Source of the DNA: Phaeosaccion multiseriatum
Taxonomy: Eukaryota > Protista > Ochrophyta, other classes
Direction: 5' to 3'
DNA: 64,000 bases
NCBI GenBank assembly: GCA_965112735.1
Contig: OZ218951.1
Span: 5,084,001-5,148,000, forward strand
Shown here: positions 50,262 to 60,833 of the stretch, one piece after another
Numbering within the stretch: position 1 is the stretch's first letter
How the letters are laid out: the number at the start of each line of letters is the position of its first letter
Notes under the pieces: model-generated
What the model was told of the DNA's origin: nothing
Seen by the model: the letters and a program-made list of their open reading frames with translations, nothing else
Database searches by the model: none
Position numbers and translations under genes: made by a program

Positions 50262-50385
50262 GGAAAGGACAGCGCAAGAAGGAGATCAAGAAGAACAAAG
50301 ACCGATCGCAAGAAGGTCCGCGAGATCAGCGCGATGATCAAGAACCCAGAGCTAATGGCTGAAGAGGTACGGAACACGGAGCACC
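50262..50385 (+). pseudogene. Truncated, frameshifted duplicate of WBP11 exon 1 plus donor site
   Basis: Near-identical to 54626-54748, but lacks the ATG region and has an extra base (aacaaagaccgatc vs aacaaggccgatc). Confidence 0.85.
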
Positions 50386-50439
50386 CGACGGAGAGGGGTG
50401 TAAGGAACGGTACGACAAGGAGGGGTCGGAGGGCTGACA

Positions 50440-51416
50440 CCATCACATCATCGACCTTGCCATAGCGTGGGGTCGAATGAGGGAAAGGGGCTACTTCACC
50501 ATACGAGTGGAGTCCGTTGACCTCATGAGGATGTTGGTCTCTCTCAGACCTACGCGTGTGTGGCTCTATGTTTGTACCAGCGGCACAAGGATCGCGACTC
50601 ACATGTCGATGAGCAAGACGCCACGTTCTCCTACTGTGAGGCGTTGGACATCCCCGCTGGGGTGGTGGACTGGGCAGCAGCAGCAGCAGCAGCAGCAGCC
50701 AAGGTGTGCCGTCTCATGCATTCCTGTTCCCGGGGGAGGAAGGCGCTAAGGCGAGGGAGGCGCAGCTCAGGAATGCCGAAGGAAAGGTCGTTCGAGAGGC
50801 TCCTCCACAGCCACCGAGTGGGCCGGACTCCGCCACAGAAGCTGCTCTACACACGCTCCACCGCGACGTAGAGGAGGAGGAGGAGGGGAAGGAGAAGCTC
50901 CTGGATTGGCGGAACATTTCTCCGGAATCCAAGGCCAGCACGCGAGCGCTCTTTCAGCAAGCGGCCGCCCTAGGGGGGGGGCTGCAGCGCCGGGACAGTA
51001 TGAGATTGACACAAAGACGCTGGCGGGCAGTGCTCACGGAAGGGATGCTGGTATCGGGGAGGCACACGCTGCTTTTTTCCCAGTACCGCGGGGACACAGA
51101 TGGAGTTGTCGGGCGGGTGCTCAACGACGAAGGACTCCTGCACATTAAGGAGAACAAAGGGTTCCTGCCAGCCGAGCAGCTCCTTGTGGCAGGCACACAG
51201 TCCACAGGCCCTGCTTCCACCCTCAACCTCGCCCCAGGAGGGCAAACGGGATGGTTTTGGCGGGTGTCAAAGGGTCAGGTGCTCTCGCTGGTGGTCCGTA
51301 CGAAAACGCCCATATGGGATGTGCCCTTGCCTTGCCCTTTCAAGCCGACTGTGAGCGGCTGGGGCTCGCATCTCTCGGAGCCGCCCTGTACATCTACTCA
51401 CCGCCGGAGGAACTGA
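50440..51416 (+). pseudogene. Frameshifted fragment of an unknown gene (shorter copy at ~46605-47080)
   Basis: Coding-like sequence (LYQRHK.RDSHVDEQDATFSYC...KLLDWRNISPESK) present in both duplication units, with no start codon, and truncated by palindromes. Confidence 0.5.
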
Positions 51417-51534
51417 CTAGTTTGTGCAGCACACCAAGAGATGCGATCCACCATTTATTTGGTGGATCGCATCTCTTGGTGTGCTGCACAAACTAGTCAG
51501 CTCCTCCGGCGGTGAGTAGATGTACAGGGCGGCT
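51379..51534. repeat. Near-perfect palindrome: 75-bp arms, 6-nt loop (tttatt)
   Basis: 51379-51453 vs 51460-51534, one mismatch. Confidence 0.95.
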
Positions 51535-51748
51535 GTTCGGTTTCGTGAGTGAGTGGGGAATGGAAGCTGCGCGTGGGTAGTGGGGGAAAGCGGGGGCTTG
51601 ACGGGGATTCAAGTTCTAAGCGCAGGTCATTACGAGCAACAGGTACCACGTCACATTGGCTCACTGGCCTTCACTTTCTGTGCTGCCAAATGCCGCACGT
51701 GTCTAGATGTAAGGCTGCATATCTTAGTATGTGTGTTACATAGAAAAA

Positions 51749-51786
<38 letters not shown>

Positions 51787-52469
51787 TAAGTCATAATGAC
51801 GATCTCTTGTTACTGCTCGTCTTGTCTCTGTGTGTGTCGTGTAGGTGGAGGGCTAGCTTGGGGCTTGCTTGGCGGCCCACTCCATGCGAGGTTAGTTTTT
51901 TACTGGTATTACAAAGGGGAGGAGGGAGGGCAGAGGGCGGAGGCACACACCGAGAGACAAGAGAGACAGAGAAGGCACCCCAGGGACTGCACTGACAGTG
52001 AAAGGGCGCGGCCTATATTACGTCAAGGCCGCTCTTCGCACACAGCCAAGGCATTCAAGGGAAGAGGGCCTCGGGGAATTTCGTTGTGTTGAAGCTCCAC
52101 GTGTGTGAGGCGTCAGAGGAGAGGAGGAGGGAGGGGCGGGCGGAGCCTCAAAGGGAACCGAAAGGACTCAGCCTCAAAGGGAGGCAGAAAACCGGCAGAG
52201 AAGGCCCTCGCCCAGTGTGTTGTTGCTCCTTTCCCTGTTTGACGTTGCGTTTTTCTTCGAGAACAATCCCCTCGAAGCTCTTTATTGGCGTTCAAAGACG
52301 AGCACGCGAGCTCTCCCAAAGCTCCTACCACTCACACCAGCCTTCCTCGAGCGTCCCTTTCCCCTTGGTCCTCCTGCCCACCCCACAGCCCCTCACGCTG
52401 GCGTCCCATTCTTCGTGAGCACATCGCTCTCTACGTCATCCACACCGCCGGTAAGATACGCCCCTTCCA

Positions 52470-54214
52470 TCATGCCATCTCCTCCGCCACCTCCTGCAGC
52501 ACCTCAGGGCAAAGCTCTCTCTGCGACACCTTCAGCCTCCCTTCCTTGCCAAAGAGACGGTCAGTGCCTCGCATCAGGTCCAACGCGCTCTGTGACGCAA
52601 AGTGCTGTCTTTCCGCGGCCAGAAGGAACTGAACACAGACTCCTGCATCGTTTGTCTCTCGGGCCAGAGTCAGAGCCTTTGGCAGTGAGGCCCCACCTGA
52701 CAGCAGCTCCAGCACTGCCCCGCTGTGGCCCTCCATGGCTGCACAATACAAGGGCGTTCCACCGTTGTGAGTGCCCTCACTGTCAGGATCAGCCCCCGCA
52801 GACAGGAGCACACGGACCACTGCCTCATCGCCCTGCGTAGCAGCAAGGAGCAAAGCTTTCATCCCATGACCATCGAGTATCTCTACGTCAGCACCTCCTG
52901 AGACGAGTTCCTCCACGACATGAGCATGGCCGTCTGCAGCTGCCAAGTGTATCGCTCCACACCCGTCGCCACTCAGTATATTCACCTCTGCCCCAGCCCT
53001 CACCAGCTTCCGCACAATGCTTCTGTGCCCTTCCGTAGAAGCTTGCATCAACGCACTTCTCCCCTTCACACCGCTACGGCTGTCGAGGTCAGCGCCGGCT
53101 GCGATGAGCTGCTCCACCACAATGCCATGCCCGTAGAGGCTCGCGATAAAGAGCGGAAGAAGGGACCAGTTGCGGGTTGCCAAATTAGCGTTTGACCCCG
53201 AGGTGAGCAGCAGCTGTGTGACCCTGTGGTGTCCTGCCTTTGCGGCCATCATCAAGGGAGTTTTGCCGTCAACATTTCTGTCATCCATGTGGTCAGGATC
53301 AGCGCCGGCCGACAACAGCTGCTGCACCACCGCATCATGCCCGTTCTGGGAGGCAATGAACAAGGCTGTTAAGCCTTCCGACTCTGTTTTGTCGACCTCC
53401 GCGCCGGCTGAGAGCAGCTGCTGGACTACCCTTTCATGTCCGTTAGATGAGGCGCGAAGGAGCGCCGTCACCGACGTCATATCTACCCGATTCACCTCTG
53501 CACCGGCCGACAGAAGCTGCTGCACCACTGCATGATGGCCATTCCAGGAGGCGGGAAACAATGCCGTAGCGCCATCACCGTCCGCAATGTCCACGCCGGC
53601 GCCCGCAGAGAGCAGCTTGTGCACCAGCACAACGGCCCCTTCCGAGGAGGCCACCATGAGAGCCGTAGATCCGTCGCTGGTTACTGCATTGACGTCAGCA
53701 CCAGCAGAGAGGAGCTGCTGTACGACAGCAGCATCCTTACATATACATGCGTTCACCAACGGAGTCGCACCATTTGGAGGCTCTGTAGCATTCGGCGACG
53801 CCCCCTCTTGCAGCAGAAGACCAACGATATCACTCCTCCTCTCTACCACAGCTGAGTGCAGGGCAAGACACCCTATCCCGATAATGGACTCGTCCAAGCA
53901 TGACCTCCTCCCGCCGTTCTTAGCCACGAAGGCCCTCACCGCCGCTTTCACCCTTTTGATGCTCTGACCACTGGTGATGGCTTGATGGAGGCGGGTAGCC
54001 TGCCACAAAGAGAAGGAACGAAAGAGGAACAGGGAGAGTTGGGGAAGGGGGATGGGGGCCTCCTTGAGTGAGCAGTTCCGGTCGATGGAAGGAGGTTCAC
54101 GAGTAAAGTGAGGGGATGGGGGCCCACAGGAGATGATCACGGGGGAGATTGCGCCTTTCCCCTCCCCCCCCTCATCCTCCTTTCCCCTACCTCGATGCTG
54201 TACGCTTGTTGCAT
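52470..54214 (-). CDS. Ankyrin-repeat family member ANK-4 (micro-exon MQQAYSIE plus long exon)
   Basis: Exon 54214-54191, acceptor before 53999, ORF to 52470. Family N-cap and C-tail present. Confidence 0.92.
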
Positions 54215-54582
54215 GGATAAAGTGGCGCTGTAGACGCTTGTAGCAGGGGAGGGAGGAGGCCTGGGAAAAGGAGGGACGAAGTCCACCCATAAAAAAATAA
54301 CTCGAAAATCACTCCATAAGTCAATGAGACCTGTGGACGCCGCCCCGCAGATGAGACTCTCGGCTTGTCTCTTTGCCTCCTGGCTCTATTCAGCCATTTC
54401 CTGCAGCTCGCAAAAGCTAGTATTATCCTCTCCTGTGTATGGTGGGAGAAGAAGCAGCAGCTGTTCGCAACAGCGAAGTCCGGAAGTCCGCAACCAGTCT
54501 CTGTGCTCCCTTCCAAGGGAGATCCAGTTGAGAAGAGCAAAGAGGCTAGCTAGGCTACTCTTCCCCCAGCGGGCGTGTCAAG

Positions 54583-56168
54583 ATGGCGAAGGGAAAGGGA
54601 ACTATAAACCCGGCTGATGTGCACCGGAAAGCACAGCGTAAGAAGGAGATCAAGAAGAACAAGGCCGATCGCAAGAAGGTCCGCGAGATCAGCGCGATGA
54701 TCAAGAACCCAGAGCTAATGGCTGAAGAGGTACGGAACACGGAGCACACGACAGGAAAGGGGTGTCAGGAATGGAGGGAGGGGCTGGAAGGAAGGAGGGA
54801 AGGAAGGGACAGGTGCAGGGAGGAGGGAAGTTACGGCCTTTTGCCGAGGTGTTTGCCTCCATCTCCCCCCCCCTCTCTCTCTGTCCTCCCACATGTCGCG
54901 CTCCACCCCTCGCACCAAGGAAGAGAGACCAAAAGGGGGTAAAAAGAGTAGGGGGGGGGGGGTGATTGTGCCTTTCTTGTAGAGGGAAGAGGGCGACCCA
55001 TCATGTATCTCATGTATCTCTCTCCCCCCCTCACGTGCTTTGTTGTCCTCTTTCCTGTCCGTCCGTCCACTGCTATGGATCAGATTGAACGTATGAGCAA
55101 GGAGGCGGAGGAAAATAAGCTTTCGGAGTACGAAAAGGAGAGGATGGAGAGCTTGCAAGTGACGCACAAGGCCCTTCTCAAGAAGCAGCAGAGGAAGGAG
55201 AAGGAAGAGGAGGAGAGGGAGGCCGAGGAGGAGGCTAGACAGAAGCGCATTGCCCACGCCAGAGAGGCGAGAGAAGCAAAAAAGAGAGAAGCGAGGGAAG
55301 CAGAGGAGGCCGCGGCGTCAGGAGTAGCACCGGCAACAGCAGCAGGGACTCCTAAGTACGGCTTACAGCTGGCCCCTCCTCCGTTTCTTCCTCCGCCAGG
55401 GGTGAGGGGTGGTGATTTCCCCCCTCCCTCGCAACTTGCTGCACAGCTTGGGCAGCTGGGGGGGGCGAGGGGTCCCTCTGGGCGGCCACCCTTATCTCCG
55501 GCCATCACGGCTGCCATCGCCGCGGCTACTGCCGCCGCGACTAAAGCCGCCGCTACGGCTACAGCTGGCGCTGCTAGTTCCTCTTCGGGGGCGGCTGCGA
55601 CTGTAGCACCAAGTACTGCAGCTGTGATACCTTACCGCCCTGTGGTGTATTTCCCGGGCATGCCTGGGGTGCCTCCACCCCCCCCCCCCACGGGCAGGAC
55701 CTCCAACCCTCCCTGCGGCAGTCGCAACAACAGCAGCAGCAGGAGGAGCCCAGCGCCCCCCCACCTTACCCGCAGCAGTGGCGGCAGGCATGCCACCAGC
55801 AGCAGGAGGGGGAGGAGGAGGCTTGGCCGGACCACACCGTATGCATATACCACCGCCGGGGCAGCACCACTCAGAAGCAGCGCCTCCTCTACCCCTGCCT
55901 CAACAGGCCCGGCGGCGCCAACACGCACTGGGACCCGCCGCAGACCCGCTCGACCCCTCTGCCACGGGCTACACAGAGCGGCCCAAGAACATGACCGCAC
56001 CCCGGGAACTGCGCCAGCAAGAGCAACAGCAGCGGCAGCTGCAACAACAGCAGCAGCAGCAGCAGCAGCAGGGACCAGCAGCAAGGCCAGCAGCAGGGCC
56101 AGCAGCAGGGCCACCAGCAGGGCCAGCAGCAGGGCCACCAGCAGGGCCAGCAGCAGGGCCACCAGCAG

Positions 56169-56213
<45 letters not shown>

Positions 56214-56971
56214 CAGGGCCAGTAGCAGGACCGGCCGCGACGGGGCCGTACCCAGGGGTGGGGGGTGAGGGCGATGACTTCTCCGCCGTGGGGCCCTACC
56301 CAGGGGGGCAGGAGGACTACTCCGCAATAGGACCGTACCCGGGGGGGGACGACTCTGCCATCGGACCCTACCCAGGGGGGGCAGACGACTCAGCCATTGG
56401 CCCGTATCCAGGTGGAGACGCTTCGCTAATAGGAGGAGGTGGTGGTGGGGCTCCAGTGGCTCCCAAGCTAAAGAAGGCGGAGGTTGCAAAAGATCTGGTG
56501 GCGATGAGGCCGGCCCACCTGCGAGTCAAACGAGCGGGCCCTCCTATCAGCCGGCCTCGCATTCAGCCAGGAGGAGGAGGAGGAGGAGGAGGAGGAGGAG
56601 CAGGAGTGAAGCGTATGCGACCAGGCCTGCCCAGCGCGCCTCTCCCCAACAGCAGCAGCAGCGTGGCAGAGTCAGGGGAAGGAGCAGGCGTGAAGGGTCT
56701 GTGGTCCTCGACTGTGACGACAGTTACGACAGTTACATCGCGCACGGGCGGCGCTGGGGCGGGGGCTGGTGGGGCGAGTGTGAGGAAGGCTGGTACAGGA
56801 GCAACAGCAGCAGCAGTAGTAACAGCAGCAGGAGGAGGAGGACGAGGAGGACGAGGAGGAGGAGGAGGAGGAGGAGGAGGAGGAGGAGGAGGTGCCAAGA
56901 AGCAGAAGAAGTCGGCGGCAGAGGACTACGATGCATTTATGAAAGAGATGGCCGGCATGGGGGCACTCTGA
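54583..56971 (+). CDS. WBP11: WW domain-binding protein 11-like splicing factor, 2 exons
   Basis: N-terminal INPADVHRKAQRKKEIKKNKADRKKVRE, Pro-rich middle, AMRPAHLRVKR and C-terminal DYDAFMKEM. Intron 54730-55083. A frame change in the C-run at ~55678-55689 is probably an assembly error. Confidence 0.85.
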
Positions 56972-58603
56972 GTGAGGGGCTGAGGATGAGGATGGACCTA
57001 CTTCATTGCCTTCACGTAATCACCTGTTCCCAGGGCTGGGGGAGGGGGGAGGGGGGGGGGAGGGAGCGCTTTGAGTGGGAGTTGAGTGCCATCCAATCCA
57101 GGGGGGGAGCGGTAGTGCAGTGCACAACAAGAAAAATCGAGTAGAGCTCGCCTCCTGAGCTGCAGCTGTTTTAAGTTATTAATTTAAAGCAGGAAAGGCA
57201 TCTCCTCCTGCTGCTGCTGCTGCTGCTGCTCGTCGTCGTAACGACGTCATCATCGTCGTCGTCGTCGTCGTCCACCTCCTCCTCGTCCTCCCTGTTGCAT
57301 GTGTTTCTCACCCTCTCATCCACGCCCCGTCGGCGGCGCCTTCTCTTTCTCTCGCCTCAGCGCACACCGCCCTGACCTCCTCCAGAAGGGGCTCTCTTCC
57401 TCCAAGCACAGGCACACACCTTCTCTTTTGTAACTGTCACATCATCACCTCACCTCAGTCTTTCGTTCCTTGCCCCTCCAAGCGTTTGCGCGTGGCTGTG
57501 GGACACCCATCGGTTGGCACCACACCACATCTCTCCTCTCTCTCTGTCTGTCTCTCTCTCTCTCTGTGTGTGTATGTGTGTCTCTCTGTCCGTCTCTCCA
57601 CTTCTATCCTCTTTCGACTGATCGCTGCCCACGCGCCCATTCTGCCATCGAGTGATGGTAACGGACCTCATATCAACACTCGACACCTGCATTTCGTCAA
57701 CCGCAGAAGCGCCGCCGCAGTTGTACGCCGGAGCCCCACCCACACAGGTCAGCGCCCCATCTTCTCCTCCCTTCGCTCCCGCCCTCCTGAGGCGGACATA
57801 TGACGAGTCCCCCTTTGCAGCTCGCAGACAAGAGATGCCTCTGTCTTTGACGCCCCTCTCTTGTCCTTCCCTTCATCTCAAGTGCGCAAGCCCCTCTCCT
57901 GAGCAGAGCAGTCGAACGTGCTCCTGCACAGGATGGATCAGCACAGAGGAGGACTCCCTCTCCCCCCCTTGTCCACACCCACACCCACACCCCAACACAC
58001 GCCCCATGCCAGAGGTAGGTGGCAGGTTACCTCGGGGAGTGTGTCCAGGTGTGTGGGTGTGGGTATGCATGTGGGTGAGGAAGCGGCGAAGGAGCAGCCC
58101 CCCTCCTCTCACTCTCACTCCCTCATCACGTCTGTCTTCCTCTCCTCCACCCTCGTAGGTAGGGGCCTCGTAGGTACGGTTGCAGCGCGAGTGTAACCGT
58201 CGGCCCATGTGCATACCCATAACCATGTGCCTCTCACTGCATGAGTCAGACCGCCGGGCATGCCCTGCCTCCTTCTCTTCGTCTCCTTCCAAGCCAAGCT
58301 CGCTAGAGAGGGGCCACATCCAGACCCACCCACTGCTGGCATACAAGGATAGGTCCTCTTGCGTCTCCGACATGAGCCAGGGAAGGGTGATGGGGGGGGG
58401 GGGGCGCAGCGGCTCTCAAACTCAAACTCAAAGTCAAGCTCACCAAACAACGCCAGTATCGTCTTGATGCCCAAATCAGGGCCCCACGCAGTTCCCTCAG
58501 CTCTGCCCCCCAACCACCTGTATTGGTTGGTCAGTCCGTGTGCAGCTCACTCCTTCTCAAACAAAGCACCACAACGCACCAACTTGGACCTCTTCCCTTC
58601 GTT

Positions 58604-58961
58604 TCATCCATCTTCCATCGCAGAAGCGGCCTGCCCCTGCCCCTCCCCCTCCTCCGCTCCCTCCTCCTCCTCGTCGTCATCGCCCCCACTGCTATCCTCC
58701 CACCAGCACACCAGCCCTAGGCCTTCCTCGTTGATGCCTCCCCTGATGGTCATGGCGGAGGGAGCCTCCTCCACACTCGTCAGATCGACGCTGGTGCTTC
58801 GCTTACGCATGGGAGGTCGGTCTAAACCCTCCAGGGGCGCAGAAGACCCTCCGCCGCCCCCCGGCGCTTGCACCCCCCCACTCACGGCAAGCAGGGCCGG
58901 GGACTTGTGGCTCTGTGTCTCCGCTTGGCCGGTAGACACCGTTGTGGCCTTGGGTGTGTGT

Positions 58962-59044
<83 letters not shown>

Positions 59045-60341
59045 ATATATATATATGTGTGTGTGTGTGTCGTGTATGTATGTGTGTGTATGTGTGTTTC
59101 AAATTTAAAGTTGTGGACGGAAACGGGGCGAGGGGTGAAGGGAGAGGGGCGAGCATGTCAAAAAGTGGGTGTGGGGGAACGGCATGTGCGCGAGTGGAGA
59201 TGAGTCTTCTTTCGGGTGCTGTGCGTAATACCGTAGAGGAGAGGCACTCGCCAGGGGGCTGGGGAAGCGGACACACAGAGGAAATCGAAAGCCGTAACGA
59301 AAGGAAAGTGTCTTCTCCACTCTCTTTAGTCCCTCCCCTTTTTACAAGCTTACCTGAAGCCCCTTCTCTGTGGCTGTCACTTGTGTGAAGTTCAGGGTGC
59401 GTACCCGAAAGCGAATGGTCTCATTCAAGCTGATGTGAAACGTGCTCGCGCCTTCGTCATCCGCCTTCGCTCCGTCTTCTTCTCCACCACCCACCCAGCC
59501 ACTCGCCGAAACGGTTTCGACTTTCTTGTCCACCTTCTTGGCCTCAGCTCCTCCTTCCCCACCACCCTTCCCCTCCCCCTCCTCCCCCTCTTCTCCCGCC
59601 TCGTCGTCGTACTTCCACAGCCATAGCTTCTCCTTCTCGTCATAGACGGACGGAGCCTGCAGCAGGTAGGAGGGTATGTGCACGTCTTCGAAGAACCCCA
59701 GGGACACCCTCACTCCATCGGGGTTGCAGCTCAACACTTTCCCCACCAGGATCTCGCCGACGAAGGGCCGAAATACGACCAGCCGAAAGCGCACCTAAGG
59801 AGATGGACAGGAACGGCATGTGAGCAGCAAGGAGGTGTTTGTGAATGTTTTTTATATTTCATGTTGCCGCGCCGTAGGTATGCTAAAGAGCAGCCTCCTC
59901 ACTCAGAGTAAGAGCGAGAAGAGGGGTGGCGAGTCAGATGGCTAGTGACCAAGCAGGGGCCTCTTGTCCCATATCGTGAGGAGCATAGGACACGAATCCT
60001 GGCCCAAGAAAGAGTCCGACTAATCCCTGTAGTTTCTCTCTCTCCCCCCTTACGTATCTCTCTCCTCTCCCTCCCGCCCTTCCCCTCTCTCCCTTCCCCA
60101 GCAACCCAACCAGCAGCCTCGCCCCTACACACACCTTGTAGTTCGCAGAGCCATCGCTGGGCAGGATGAAGGCCTCGCCGATGTCTTCAAAGTCGTAGAG
60201 GCAGATGCAGAGCCCGACCTCCAGCAGCACGCGGTTGGCGTACTTGCGGTCCACCACTTCGGTCAGCACCTCGTTGATATCCCGCCCGAACAGCTCTGGC
60301 TCCAGTCGGAGGTTGTCTCGCAGAGTTGCCAAGACGAACAT
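58604..60341 (-). CDS. RPC25: RNA polymerase III subunit RPC25/RPC8, 3 exons
   Basis: MFVLATLRDNLRLEP...KYANRVLLEVGLCICLYD...DGS|VRFRLVVFRPFVGEILVGKV...GVRVSLGFFEDVHIP...IRFRV|...GGINEEGLGLVCWW. Confidence 0.93.
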
Positions 60342-60833
60342 GACCACCACGGATCCACACCAGCGCTTGTCCTGTGACAGGCCCCTCCCCTCAAATTTGT
60401 CGTGTATCTTGACAAGGCAAACGCCTCCTTTGCGCAGTAGACAAACTTCCCCCCCCCCCCTCTTACTTCTACTACTCTGTTGGAGTTTATTTGGCTGGTT
60501 TGTTACTAGCCTCTTTGATGTTTGATCTCCTCCGCTCGCGATCTGATCTGAAGCTAATGGCCCAGTCTCATGCAAGCAATAGGAAGGGCACTCACACATC
60601 TGCCCCTCTGAGAGCAATCAACGCTAACAACAAACAAGGTACATCCCAGTGCGAGTGTGTTCAACAGAGGCAGCGGCAGTACCAGCAGCAAAGCTCTGGA
60701 AGGTCACGTTGTGGTGGATTTTTCGACCATTTCTCCTCGTGGGCGGGAAAGAGCCGTGCTTGAGCCAGCTTAGTAAGACGGCCGAGGAAGAGAGAGAAGA
60801 GCAGGGTGGGGGAAGAAAGAAGAGCGTCCGACG
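60342..60833. promoter_or_regulatory. Probable bidirectional promoter (RPC25 / EIF1AD)
   Basis: ~490 bp between divergent ATGs of two housekeeping genes. Confidence 0.5.

Larger units (their letters stand above)
46605..54748. repeat. Tandem segmental duplication (units ~46605-50385 and ~50525-54748) carrying ANK-3/ANK-4
   Basis: Identical spurious ORFs at 47497-48119 and 51796-52418. Homologous 46606-47080 / 50527-51002 and 50120-50385 / 54405-54748. Confidence 0.9.

Noticed and set aside
32912-54214. Endogenous giant virus or DGR as the source of ankyrin variability
   Set aside because: No viral hallmark genes, reverse transcriptase or template repeat in the window; the changes are not obviously adenine-specific, and the genes have spliceosomal introns.
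54000-54290. ORF-track N-terminal extension of ANK-4
   Set aside because: It reads through the intron; the paralogue-consistent model uses the micro-exon at 54214-54191.
55670-55700. WBP11 split into two ORFs
   Set aside because: The frame change is in a C homopolymer and both conserved termini are intact, so it is likely a sequencing error.
57180-58520. Possible extra minus-strand gene between WBP11 and RPC25
   Set aside because: There are coding-like patches and some splice-like sites, but I could not build a consistent ORF or recognise a domain.
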